Source: Mobula hypostoma
Taxonomy: Eukaryota
DNA length: 64,000 bases
Direction: 5' to 3'
NCBI RefSeq assembly: GCF_963921235.1
Contig: NC_086108.1
Span: 52,020,001-52,084,000, forward strand
The notes under the pieces were generated by a model. That model did no database searches. It worked only from the letters and a program-made list of their open reading frames with translations, and was not told the origin of the DNA. The first letter of the stretch is position 1; each line of letters opens with the position of its first letter. Both the position numbers and the translations under genes were made by a program. Positions 25,461 through 38,624 of this stretch are shown here, piece after piece.

Positions 25461-25692
25461 TGTGGTAAACCATATATATGTTGTAACTGGGTTAGCTGTC
25501 TGGACACGCCCCTCTGCTGACTGCCCCTGTGGCTGCTCCCACAGATTCCTGTATAAAGGTGATTCTGCCTTGCCCCTCCCCCTCAGTCCAGGGGCAAACA
25601 CTCAACATGGAGGTCGTATTGTTGTACAGCGAATAAAAGCCTTTCGGTATTTTACCCAACCTCAGTCTTTTGGAGTTATTGAAGGTGCTTCA
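25461..25692 (+). mobile_element. Solo LTR
   Basis: TG...CA termini; perfect 5-bp TSD gataa (25456-25460, 25693-25697); TATA-like gtataaa at ~25551; AATAAA at ~25632. Confidence 0.88.
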
Positions 25693-26215
25693 GATAATAA
25701 ATTTACTTTACTTTGAACTTTGAACTGGGTTAATTAGCCTTGATTTGCTCATTTTTCTAACAAATCAGTGCTGGTGATTTTTGTCAGAGAAGCCAGGCAT
25801 TCCTTCCTACCAACTAAATAATGCTAAACTTAAAGGCAGACTTGAAGGAGAACCCTGTAGATCGAACCTTGAGACTTTCAACGTTGTTAATCTTACTGCA
25901 GCATTTCTGTTGTCTCCGTTGATGCGTACAGCTCTGAAAATGGCAGGTCTGGTTTGCTGGTGATGGGTCTAACGATTATTGGCACCTGTCATGGCATGAT
26001 TGATGTGTGCATCCTTGCAGGTCCTTGTTAGGATGACGACATAGTCTAATTTATCTCATTGACTGGATTAAGAGTGCAGCCTTTAAATCTTGTGCTTGTT
26101 ACTCTAATGAAAGAACGAGCTGGTTATGATAATGCTATAAGGGGAGGACTTCATTGGAGCTAGCTTTCCCTATTCTTTCCTTGCCAATGACACCTGGCTG
26201 GGAGTATGTCCTTAT

Positions 26216-28276
26216 TAGTCCGTGAGCCAGGACCCCAAATTTGGGCCACCGGTACCAGCTGGGGGGAATAATTTTTATAGTGATTTTTGGCAAGGTATAC
26301 ACCCATAGTGCTAGAAAATATGTGATAGCATTGCAGCGGTGGTAGCTAACATGGCAACCTCCATGCTATAAGAATCATGAACCTTGGTCCTTTGCCTATG
26401 ATAAGATGAATTATGCCAGGTACCTGTCCCCTTACTTTGCTCAGATGATGAACCTCCCAGAGAAGAATCCTTCTGTGTATAAGGCCTTCAAGACAGGCCA
26501 ATTCTCAGTGCAGCTGTCAAGTAGCAACCCCCTTGAGCAGATCCCTGTGGACCAGGCTATTGAAGCCACAGTAAACAAAGACACACAGACTCCTGGAGGC
26601 ACATCACAGTTCAGCCTGAATGCTGGAGCTATCAAGTGTTACTACATAACACCTGAGCACCACAGTGCATTCCTGGGACAGTTAAGGGAGATGGTGCAAG
26701 GCAACAAATCAGAGCTTTGTCATGCGGAGCTACAGCGGCCAAGAATCCAGAAAGATGAGGAAGCAGTTTCAGCAGTGGTTAGTCTCATACATGAATGGGT
26801 CAACCCATTTGCAGAGAAGTGGGACCTCATTAGCATCTCTACGGCAAAGGCAGCCCCCAAAGACATTGCCTTCGACCTGATGAAGGCATATGACATTGGT
26901 GAGCAATGCTATGCAACCTTCAAGGATGAGAGACTAGAGGAAGACCCACCAGCAAAGAAATTCCATGACCCAATGAAAACCAACAAGCTGAAAACATTCA
27001 GTGATATGTGTAAGAAGAGAGAAGTGAAATCAAATGGGAGGGCGATCATCTTGAAAGCAGACAGGTCTTTGTTTGGAAGCATCATAGTGACGGCACAAGG
27101 GCGCAGTCTACATATGGAGGATATCCGTTCTCATCCCCTTGGACCATTGCCCTGGGCCCTGTCCATACCAGAAGGATTGCTGAGAAAGACAAATAAAGCT
27201 GCTTTACAGGATGTGACACTGTAAGCGCTCTTGCAGACAAAGGGAAGACAAGCCCTAAAACTTCTGACCAGCAACAGGGAAACTCAGGACACATTCTTAG
27301 AGTTGGGTCAGGAATGGGACCTCTCCCCAGAACTGATGGACAAACTGGAGGCATTTACATGTCTCCTGTATGCCCCAAAAGCATCAGCCACCAAGGTCAG
27401 TGAGCTCAGGTATCACCTTTTCTGTGCCAAAAAAGGTGAAATTGAAAGTCATCAACTCCCACCATGCAAGGACTGCTTAACAAAACATACACAGAGAGCC
27501 AACTACCAGGCTGGTATATGGAGAAGATGTTTGGAGAAGGACCCACAAGTGCCAAGCCCTGTTGGCAGAGGGTGGAAGATGGAGAGAGAAGAGGAAGCTG
27601 AACAGTTGGTGGTGCACTGGATGGAAGGCCAGGCAGCACCCGATGCTGTCCTGGATCTACTGGCCTGTAACTGTCCAAAAAAAGTGTTCACTCACAAGAT
27701 GTACATGTGTTGCAAATGGCCTCAGGTGTATTGACATATGTAGACTGGCAGACTGTGAGAACCAGGCATCCACCTCAGAGAGTGTGGAAAGTTCATATGA
27801 AGATGTGGAAGACGTAGAAGACTTGGAAAATTATTATGATTATTAATAGGTTATGACAGTATGGAAAGCAGTCTTTGATTAAATATATTCATTTTACAAC
27901 TAAATGGGGCCTAGGTTATTGGCCGTGTGGAACCGCTTTGAATTATTGTACTGTAATTCTATATGCTATGACAAAAGCTTAAGGTTGTTTTGATTTGATA
28001 CAACAATATGGAAAATATCATGACATTGATAAAACTCCAAAAATCTCTCCAAATGAGGTTTTTTACCTTTTGGGGGGGTGGGGTAACATTTTCTGCTGTA
28101 CTGATGTTAATATGGAATATATACAAAAAGTGATTACTTATTTGAAGTAATAAAGCTACCACTGGTGCAATGCTATCACATATTTTCTAACTCTAGAGAT
28201 GTATACCTTGCCAAAAATCACTATGAGCATTATCCCCCTCAGACAGTACCGACTAACCCTACTGGCTCACGGACTA
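26216..28276 (+). mobile_element. Academ-superfamily (AcademX-like) DNA transposon, internally deleted
   Basis: TAG...CTA termini; ~125-130 bp imperfect TIRs (26216-26347 and 28154-28276); 3-bp TSD tat; transposase, XPG-like and Cys-rich coding remnants. Confidence 0.85.
26406..27846 (+). pseudogene. Academ transposase/XPG/Cys-rich zinc finger remnant
   Basis: NYARY...DQAIEATVNK...GG; FTGCDTVSALADKGK (XPG H3TH-like, frameshifted); LPPC..CL..H..RANYQA.IW; CNC...C...C.C...GL.C...C...CEN. Confidence 0.8.
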
Positions 28277-28559
28277 TATTGATCCTGGTATTAAAACTGC
28301 CCAGGTAGGTCAATTTTCTCTCCCTGTAATTCAGGTGAGGCATTGTCCAAAATTAACCTTTCATGTAGCTTCCAGGTTTGCAGCATATTCACTGCTTTGT
28401 TTCTGGATTCAGCAAATTGTCAGATCATATGATGTTTTCTTATCCTGGGTTCGAATTGTTGAGATGCCTGACTTGTTCATTTTCTGTAGTGAAACCCACC
28501 ATATCAAGTTGGCATTCCTCTTCCAGAAGAACGAGAAACCTACCCACTTGTTATTCATA

Positions 28560-31050
28560 GCAACACACACAAAATGCTGGAGGAACTCAGCAGGTCAGGA
28601 AGCATTAATGGAAATGATTAAACAGTTGCAATTTTGGGCCGAGTCCCTTGTTCAGTCCTGCCGAAGAGTTTTGGCCCGAAACGTCAACTGTACTTTTTTC
28701 CATAGTGCTGCCTGGCCTGCTGAATTCCTCAAGTATTTTGTATGTCTTACCCTTCTTCAGGATTGGAAAGGAAGGTGGAAGATGGCAGAATAAAAAGGTG
28801 GGGGGAGGGGAAGGACATAGCTCAAATACCATCTATGAATTTGCTGATGATACAACCATTGTTGGTAGAATCTCAGGTGGTGACGAGAGGGCGTACAGGA
28901 GTGAGATATGCCAACTAGTGGAGTGGTGCTGCAGCAACAACCTAGCACTCAACTTCAGTAAGACAAAAGAGCTGATTGTGGACATCAGGAAGGGTAAGAC
29001 GAAGGAACACGTACCAATCCTTGTAGAAGGATCAGAATTGGAGAGAGTGAGCAGCTTCAAGTTCCTGGGTGTCAAGATCTCTGAGAATCTAACCTGGTCC
29101 CAAAATATCAATGTAGTTATAAAGAAGGCAAGACAGCAGCTATACTTTATTAGGAGTTTGAAGAGATATGGCACGTCAACAAATACACTCAAAAACTTCT
29201 ATAGTTGTACCGTGGAGAGCATTCTGCCAGGCTGCATCACTGTCTGGTATGGAGGGACTACTGCACAGGACCGAAAGAAGTTGCAAAAGGTTGCTGTCCA
29301 AGTTACATGCTATCTTGGACAATGTCTCTCATCTACTACATAATGGACTGGTTGGGCACAGGAGTACATTCAGCCAGAGACTCATTCCACCGAGATACAA
29401 CACTGAGCATCGTAGGAAGTCATTCCTGCCCGTGGCCATCAAACTTTACAACTCCTCCCTTGGAGGGTCAGACACCCTGAGCCAATAGGCTGGTCCTGGA
29501 CTTATTTTCTGGCATAATTTACATATTACTATTTAATTATTTATGGTGCAACTGTAACGAAAACCAATTTCCCTTGGGATCAATAAGGTATGACTATGAC
29601 TATAAATCTAGTCAGCTTCATCTTGGGCACTAGCCTACAAAGTATCCAGGTCATCTTTAGGGAGTGGTGTCTCAGAAAGGTAGTGTCCATTATTAAGGAC
29701 CTCCAGCACCCAGAGCCCTTTTCTCACTGTTACCATCAGGTAGGAGGTACCAGAAGCTTGAAGGCACACACTCAGTGATTCAGGAACAACTTCTTCCCCT
29801 CTGTCATCTGATTCCTAAATGGACATTGAATCTTTGGACACTACCTCACTATTTTAATATACAGTATTTCTGTTTTTGCACTTTTTTAACCTATTCAATA
29901 TATGTAATTGATTTACTTGTTTATTACTATTTTTATTTTATTTATTATTATTAATATTTTTTCTTTGCTACATTATGTATTGCATTGAACTGCTGCTGCT
30001 AACTTAACAAATTTCATGCCACATGCTGGTGATAATAAACCTGATTCTGATTCTGATTCTGATAGATGAAGCCAGGTACATATAAAAAGTAATGGGCTGG
30101 AGAGAAAGGAATCTGATAGGAGACGAGAGTGGCCATAGGAAACAGGAAGGGGGGATCTCGGGGAGGTGATAGGCAGATAGAATGCCAAAGTGGGGAATAG
30201 AAGAAGAGTGGAGGGGGAGAGAAATTTTACTCATGGAAATTTTATTCAAGGAGAAATTGATATTCATGCCATCAGGTTGAAGGCTACCTAGGCTTAATTT
30301 AAGGTGTTGCTCCTCCACACAAAGGGTATCCTCATCATGGCACAAGAGGAGGTCATGGACTGACATATGGGAATGGGGACTGGAATTAAAATCTTTAGCA
30401 ACTGTGAATTCCACATTTTGGCGGATGAAGCAGAGGTGCTCAACGGAGCGGTCCCCCAATTTATGACATCTCACCAATGTAGAGGAGGCTGCATTGGGAG
30501 CACAGGAGGTAAAAGACAACTGCAGCAGATTCACAGGTGAAGTGTTGCCTCACCTAGAAGGGCTGAATGTAGGTGAGGGAAGAAATGAATGGGTAGGTAT
30601 GGCACTTTGGTTGCTTGCAGGAATAAGTGCTGGAAGGGAGATGAGTGGCGATGGACAAATAGACAAGGGAATCATGGAGGGAGTGATCCCTGAGGAAGAG
30701 CGGAGAGAGGGAGAAAGTAATGCTTGATGGTAGGATCGCTTTGGAGATGCTGGAAGTTGCAAAGAATGATGTGTTGTATGTAGAGTCTCATATGGTGATA
30801 GGTAAGGACAAGAGGAACTCTATCACTGATAAGGCAGCGGGAAGACGAAGCCAGCGCGGATGTCTGGGAAATGAAGGGAGTGCGGGTGAGGGTGGCATAA
30901 ATAGTGGAGAAAGGAAAGTAAGGTGTTTTGAAGGAGGAGGACATCTCTGACGTCCTGGAGAGGAAAGCCGCATGCTGGGAGCAGATGTGGTGGAGTCAAA
31001 GGAACTGAGAAAAGGGAGTAGCATGTTTACAGGAGACATGGTGGGGAAAG
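28560..31050 (-). mobile_element. Penelope-like element remnant with a palindromic hammerhead-bearing end, split by LINE insertions
   Basis: Inverted end 28560-28745 with cagtcctgccgaagagttttggcccgaaacgtcaactg; minus-strand DRVPLVLTYH and FNSSPHSHMSVH...EEQHLKLSLGSLQPDGMNINFS. Confidence 0.75.
28818..30062 (+). mobile_element. Rex1/Babar-clade LINE 3' part, with a nested Rex1 tail at ~29295-29601
   Basis: SNTIYEFADDTTIVGRIS...LALNFSKTKELIVD...FYSCTVESIL; (ctgatt)n tail; nested fragment ends tatgactatgacta. Confidence 0.88.
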
Positions 31051-31574
31051 TGACCATGGAGATAACCATAAAAATTGTTAGGTTCCCATGGTTATTGAGC
31101 TGGTCAGTTTTGTGCCAACTCTGTCTCACTCAGGGTCGCAATATCAGTGTCAAAGGATCTAAACTTATGTGCTAAGATAGGAGACTAACATTCATCTATC
31201 TCTGTTGGAGACTCCACAAGAATCCTGGCATTCAGTGGATGGTGGCATTTCATTTTTACTGTGAAGAAATAATACACATCTCAGCCATGATAAGAAATAA
31301 AACACTTACACACTGTGCCTCATCACTTGGAGTAAATTATTCTCATAGGTTTAAAAGTTCTACCAAATTTCTACCGGCAGTAATTTAGCAGCAGATTATA
31401 GTGAAAATGAAAAAAGAAAGTCAAATTATTGCCACTCCTATTTATAAATTGAAACTATTTTGAGTCTCAGGTATGTATTCTTTTAAAAGAAATACAATTT
31501 ATAATTTAACAAGTGCAGACAAGAGTTTAAGCATGTATATTTGTTGTAGGGGATGTAAGGGTTTTGTGAAAATC

Positions 31575-31780
31575 AAAAGAACTGCTAATGTTAGAAATCT
31601 TTAAACAGAAAACACTGGAAATACTCAGCAGATTAGGCTGATCTGAGAGAAATAGTCAGGGTCTTCAACCTGAAACGTTTTGTCAGAACTGGTAAGGGGT
31701 CTTTGACTTGCAACATCATCTCTTTTTCTCTTCCCACAAGTGTGGCCTCATTCGCCGTGTTTTTCCAGCATTTTTGTTTT
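31575..31780. mobile_element. Degenerate palindromic Penelope-end-derived repeat
   Basis: aaacactggaaatactcagca...gggtcttcaacctgaaacgtt...gtgtttttccagcattttt. Confidence 0.5.
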
Positions 31781-34700
31781 AGACTTAGGGCCTCTGTGAC
31801 ACCATTTTGTCATTCATTGCTTCTTAGTGTTGCTTGCTACAAAGGGCAATCTTAGCCCCCAAAGAATGTATTAAAATTAATGTGAAATTATAAACACTGT
31901 ACTCTTGTGGAAGATTTTTATAAAGATACTTTTGATATTTTTCAATATGATTGGATGTTTATTTGTAAATTTGTAAAACGTATTTGTAAAATGTAAATAA
32001 TGATAGGTGCATTGATATATCATTCACAATTTATTGCTGATAATATGTTAGGTTAGGAATTTCTAGAATTTTGTATATGTAGTTGATTTTGTTATTCATC
32101 TGCTTCATAACGGTGTGTATATAATTTGCTCTGTAAAATATCGATATTTAAAGTGTAAGGTTCTATTTGCCTGGCCTTTATCTGCTTTTTCCATCTTATT
32201 CTTGGGCACTTTGTTACGGGCCGGGGCTGCCTTGCTTCCACTTCAATTCCAAAAAGTGCTGACTGTGGGAGAATTATAGTGGGGTGAACATTGCACAACA
32301 GTACAATATATGTAACAGAATGAGACCTTGATCCAGTGGCAGGAGGTTCCAAGGCTTAGCTCTGGGATGAAAGGTCATGTCGATGTAATGATGCATAACG
32401 TGGCATACCTGCCTCTTTGCAATACACATTTGAAGATGTGGTCGTAGTAATGATTTCCTTTTAGAGCATTTTCAGATTTTGTGTGCACATTTATCAATAG
32501 GTAAATCTAGAGCTGCGTAAAAACAGCCCAGGTGAAGAAACTTGCTGAACAGACAATATTTCTTTGTGCTCTGAGCTAAATTTAATTACTAAAGTCTGCT
32601 TCATTTTTGGTGGTTAACCACAGCAGAAAACTCAAAAGTAGCTGGGCCATGATTGTCTGCAACTCTACAGCTTTTACAGCATTCAAGGCTTGTGAACACT
32701 GGGCTCCCAGACTCTTGCCAAAAACCATCTCTCTTTACATTACTGTATAAGAAATCCAGATGTCATAATAGTTAAAGAGACCCACACAATAAAAAAAAGT
32801 AATTTCAGAATATTCTGCAGAAATTGATTGCTTTTGTATTTGGTTTTCACCACGTTAGCACTTCAGAAGCTTTGCCTTTGTTTTGTTCACAACTTGTTTT
32901 ATTTGCCAACCCATATTCCCTCTATCTCTAATACACATTTTTCACTTCCATAATATCATCTATACCTTAATCCTTTTCTGCTGAACTTGTCAACTTTACT
33001 CCTTTTGTCTCAAGACTCCACTATTTTACTATTTTCATGGAAGACCTATGACTTCCTCACTTTAGCTGATTCAGATATCTGTTGTTCAAACTCACCCAAG
33101 TTTTCCCCATGTTCACTAAGGTTCTACATAGGATCGAAGTGATTTCATTCTTGTGTTGAAATTTCTGGATGGTTTTATCCTTCTGTCTCTGCAATCTCAG
33201 CTATTTCAGACAACTCTGTGTTTCTCCATTTCTGCCACTTCCCCTAACCCCCTCGCTTCCCCTCCATCTAAAAGGATGGCTGGACCATAAAATTTTTAGG
33301 CATTACCAAACTCTGGAATACCCACCTCTGCAGCTATTGTTTATCCTTTAAGACCCTCAATTAGAACCTTTGTCACCTGTCTTTTCTGCATGATGCCTGA
33401 ACAATAAATAAAATTTATGACTTATAAATCATAAGACTTAAGAGATTTTTTGTGATTGTATGTGCTGTTGTAATGTTATGTGCTATGTGTGACTGTATAT
33501 ACTGTATTTTCCATCGTAGCCTCGAAGGAACGCTGTTTCATTTAGCTGTATACATGTTGTATGGTTGATTGACAATTAAGTTTGAACTTGTAAATCCAAA
33601 GACTCACAGTACATCTGTAAAAGTATTCTGTCTGAAATAGTTCCATTCTACAGAACTGCAGTTGCATGGAAGAGAAGAAATGCTTTGGATTATAGACTTG
33701 ACTGAACAACACAGAAGAAGCACTTGACACTAATAATTATGTACTTCATTTTCATGGGCAGTAGAAACACTCCTGTACCTCCATACATTCTTTACAAGTA
33801 AACCTGAAGACAGACAGTCCAATGATATCAACAAAAGACTTTTAAAGCACTTCCTGTCCAAAAGAACATGCAGCTTGTGGGAAATGGCATTTTAAAAGCT
33901 GCTCAAAGAAACCATTTTATAACTTGTTCTTTTATAAGCCTACTGTTTACTACTAATTTACTGTTTTTTTCCTCTGTTTCTTTCTTTTCATTTTTGGATT
34001 TCAGCTCATATGTAAATGAAATCTTGCTGAAGTTGGCACACCCACATTAGTCTAAAACTAGAAGCAATGAGGCAACACTTCCTATTCAGGACAATCATAT
34101 TAATGGACTTGTAAAAATCAATTACTCATTTGTAAAAGAAGAGTAATGTGCATCACCCTTGAAGAACGTTTTTTTAAAGTTATTCATCTTACATCATGAA
34201 TGCATCCCATTCAATGTGCCGTATTTATTAGCTCATTCACTCATCATGAACTTTTCTAACGCATTCTGTGTGGTGTTACAGATGGTAGTGTAGAAAACTT
34301 TCCTCTACTTTTCTCTGATAAGTTTGATTTGTTGGAATAAAACATGATGTCCTACATTGCTGTGGTTCCATCAAAATTCTCTACCACAAAGTTGTCTAAA
34401 TCTTGTCACCTTGCAAAGGCCAAGTGGCTTATTTCTACTTAATGCAGTGTTAAGTTAGCGTAAATTTCAGATATTCAGATATTTTAATTCCCCTTTCACT
34501 GGAAGTTTTCTAATTGCCTTTCCTAAAGATGTTAACTCCTCTAAACTTCTATTGATGCTTCCTGGCCTCTTCTTCCACCCATATATGTACAAGATGACAG
34601 ATTTTTTTTTAAAGATTTTTTTTGGGGGAGAGTGGTTATGGAAATCCTAGATGTAGAGAATAGTGATATATGAGACCACAGAGGTATTGAAAATATGGAA

Positions 34701-35544
34701 ATTTTAAATTTGTAGCATTAATTAACTACAATCCACTGTAGAACAATAATTTTGGAGCAATGGATGAGGAGGACTAAACATTAATTTGGACAAGGTTGGC
34801 AAAGGCTATTAGAGAGGTTGGCGGCCTAGAGTTCATTAGCATAATGAGGAAACAAGGACATGCATGAGAAGTGAACAGTTAGAAAAAGGCAGGGGCAGTG
34901 GAGGCTGATGTTACAGAAGTGGGAATGGCCAGCTGTTGTAATGTTATAGGTTTGCTTTATCTTGGAGATACCCTGTCATGACAATCTACGTGGGCTTGTT
35001 CCCTTCTTGCACATGAAATTGCGCCTTAGTCCCAATCGCTAGCAACAATCTCACCTTTCTCTTCTCTAATTCACTGCATTTTTCCAACGTTCCCTAAAGC
35101 TCAATGATAAAGTTTGCCTTTCAGGATATTTGCATTTGTCCAGATACAAGTCAAACGACTGAGTCCATGCATTACCTTTCTGACTCCCCAGCACATTCAG
35201 TGTTTCTTCTGGCTGCCATGAACACTACTGTACTGAATCGATGTTTAACTTTTTTCTGTTTTCCCTGTGAATTACTGCACTCCAGCAGGAAACTCAGCCA
35301 AGGTGAAATGTAGGATTATAGTAAGAATGATTGAACAGTGTTGGAATCATCACATTGCCTTGCTTGACACTAGCCTGCACTGAGAATGGACCTGTGTAGA
35401 CCAATTGATTTAGATAAGGCTTGTATGCCATCATTTACTGATATAAGGTTGATACTTTCTGGAAGACTGCTCTTACATCCACAATGGTGACCGTGGGTTC
35501 AGGTGCGTAAGTGTGGGTGGTGGCATTCCTGGCAATGGCTTATA

Positions 35545-35810
35545 CAGGAGGGCATAATTTTAAGGTGATTGGAGGATACTGTAAGGTGTATATCAGAGGT
35601 AGGTGTTTTACACAGAGAGTGGCAAGTGCATGGAATGCACTGCAGAGGGTAATATAGATGTTGATATGTTCAGGACATTTAAGTGATTCTTAGATTGGCA
35701 CGTGGATGAAAGAAAAACCGAGAGCCACGTGAGAGGAAAGAGCTTGACTTGGAGTAGGTTAAAAGGTTAGGACAACATTGCAAGGCGAAAAGCCTGTACA
35801 GTTTAATGCT
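35545..35810 (+). mobile_element. CR1 3' fragment
   Basis: gggcataattttaaggtgattgga...tttacacagagagtggcaagtgcatggaatgcactg, homologous to the other CR1 3' ends here. Confidence 0.65.
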
Positions 35811-38124
35811 CCATTCTCAAGTTCAAAATGTGCTTAGAACGAGACAAACTCATTGGGAAGGAATGCACTATTGTTAGTGACACTGCCCAAATTCTCTTTG
35901 CAGCCTGTTACAGCACATTAGCCCTGTTGCAACTGGCGGCTGGTCTGAGACTTAATTTTGGTCTTGTATTGCCCCTTGGCATCCATGATAGCTTTACAGC
36001 ATCTGATCTTTTTATGCCTTGTATCAGGCATGCTCGAATTCAATACAGATGTTCAATCTTCTTGATAGCTATGATAGTCAATAAGTTTGGGGAGATTTGG
36101 TTCTCAAACCAATTCTGCAGGGTGAGTTCTGCTAGTGATTGGAAGGGTCTGCATTGCAAGGGGCCTTGTCAATCAACTGGCAGTTGGCTTCCTGCAGCAG
36201 CATTGCCCCGTGGATGAGCTTCAAGACAGGCCAGATTTTAAGATCCAAGAGTTGGCTGACAGATTATCTGAGAACTTGCTGGGAAGTGCAAGGTTGGGGT
36301 TGATGAAACAAGATTGAATAACACAAAATTATATTAACTTGTGTTCCAAATTCCTCTGCCATTAAACTTGCTGATGTTCACAATTGTCTTCACATGGTTA
36401 TTTGGGGTCTGGACTAGCTCCAGCTGCTTTCAGCCTTGCTGAAGTTTAAGATCAGGTTCTAGTGAGCCAGTGACCTCACTGGTATATTGTGCAAGTATTT
36501 TATTACTGATTTGTGTTCAGCAGGGAGTGGACTTCAACTTGTTGATTAACAATGACTACCATGAACCAGAACACTCTTTCAGCCATGGTGATCAGCAATG
36601 AGTATCACGTGGGCAAAATGAGAAAAGCTTGACAGGAAGAACAAAAGCTGATATTTGACTTTTCAATATGTTGGTTGCTTTGCACGTATTGTCTGAAGGT
36701 CCAAGAGTCACCATGATTAATTTTTTGACAGCTCCTGCTCTGTTTTGTAGAAGGAATAGAAATGTGCGTGGGTTAAGAATGGAGCTTGCCTGCCCTGAGG
36801 TCAAAGGAAAAATGAGTCGTGATTTCCAGTCACTGAGGATTTAGGGAAAAGAACCAATGAGATATGATGCGGTAAACTTAATGACAGCTAAACCAGTGCA
36901 GAGATTAATGAGTCAGGAGCATGCATTTAGACTTGAATCACAAGGGGTCAACATGCACAACTTACAGCCTGTGATAAACCACTTATATTGCACATTTTTT
37001 TTCTACTTTACTTTTGAGGGAAAACTTAGAGGTCATTAATTGCATTTGTCATTCTCCACACCTAAATTTCCAACATGCAACCTGCTTTTAAAAAGTGGCA
37101 AAAAGGTTATCCCCATATCACAGTATAGTGATTTAACAAAAATTTAATGAGTTAACAGAGCAAACCTTTGGCCTTGGCCCATTGATATAAAAAGCACCAA
37201 AAGTATTCAGAAATAAATCTGTTTACTTTTGAACAGGAAGAGTTATATACTTTTGTTGGAAAGAATGATGGAACAAGTGCTGACCATTGAGTCTCTGTCT
37301 CTAATTATCACGCAAGCTAATTTAAGAATATGCCTCTTGGCTCATGTTCACTGTACTACCACCACTGGATCAAATGATGGGATCAGTATCACGTTGCAAT
37401 AGCTTTGGAAATTCCACTGCGTCTGCAGCAGAGAGAGTGATCTGCAGGGACCAATTTCTGCACACATTTTCCTTTTGGTGCATAACTAGATTGAAGATTC
37501 AAGTACATTTATTATCAAAGATTGTACAAATTATACACCTTAAGATTTGTTTACTTGCAGGCAGCCATAAAGTAAGAAACCCGAAAAACCCAATTAATAA
37601 GAAAACAATAAAAGAGGAAAAAAACACACACACATCATGCGAACAATAGAAGCAAACAACAGCATTCAGAACCAGATTGAGTTCTTAGGTGCTCTCCCTG
37701 GAGCAGCCAGAGTAGGCCCAAGCCTATTCATAGTAGCCATCTCAGTTCATCATACTAGTGGGTCAAAATCTCACGGAGATGATAGCCGCAAGAGAGAGGG
37801 ATGAACATCACAGGAGAACAAGTGAAACCTACCCAACCCTGGATTAGGTGGATGAGCATTGAAACTCTTCCGCATCGTCGCCTCTCCAAATCAGTCACTT
37901 CCACAGCAACAATCATACAAACTCTGTCTGTGACTCCATCTTGAGCACATTGCCCTCGGCTTTGTGATGCACCCACATGATGCATCCTTCAAATCATCTT
38001 CACTCCACTTGCTTTTTCATTGTTTGCAGTGATAGTTGACCACAATTTACTTCAGAAAAGGGGTTATTAGTAATGTTTTAGTTGTATTTCTTGCCATCTA
38101 AACTACCAGTAAGCTGGCATCGTT

Positions 38125-38280
38125 CTCCTTCCTTTTCAATTCTGAAGAAGGGTCTCAGCCTGAAACATCAAATGTTTATTCATTTCCATAGGTGCTGCCT
38201 CACCTGCGGAGTTCCTCCAGCATTTTGTGTGTGTTGCTTTGGATTTCCAGCATCTGCAGACTTTCTTATGTTTTTGATAT
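38125..38280 (+). mobile_element. Penelope-like terminal repeat with a degenerate hammerhead
   Basis: ttctgaagaagggtctcagcctgaaacatcaa followed by the conserved tail gagttcctccagcattttgtgtgtgttgct...atttccagcatctgcag. Confidence 0.7.
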
Positions 38281-38624
38281 CAATCCTTGTGCCTTTTGTA
38301 GAATTAAAATGAAAATGGTTCTTTTTAAAGCTTCAGTTAATGGAGACTTTGAAGAAGTATTTGCATTATATTTAAAGAATGCATGTTTATTAATAATAGT
38401 TTTGACTATTATGTTCCATTTTCCACAGTCAGCATTTGTCAACTTAACTTACCAAATATTCAGTTTGAAATTAAAGTGGAAAGTACTGCTCCACAGTTTA
38501 ATTGCCATTTATACTGCTGGAGTTTTTTTTTTTAACTTTCTCATTATAAATGTAGTCAAATTGTGAAGACTAGATCATGCCCAGTAGCATCAGATTTTAT
38601 GACTTTATGCTCTCTATTTATGTT

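Larger units (their letters stand above)
24590..25725 (+). mobile_element. Rex1/Babar-like LINE 3' end hosting a CR1 fragment and a solo LTR
   Basis: KPLPTIEHI...CHRKAASIIRDPHHPGHALF; tail aataaatttactttactttgaactttgaact. Confidence 0.75.

Noticed and set aside
25781..25963. ORF containing TAAFL, reminiscent of an upstream exon of long human PDE4DIP isoforms; ctgcag acceptor and gcag|gtctgg donor-like sites
   Set aside because: Similarity is limited to five residues, there is no polypyrimidine tract and the donor is weak.
32180..32460. GC-richer unique-looking block, possible conserved non-coding element
   Set aside because: Conservation cannot be judged without alignments.
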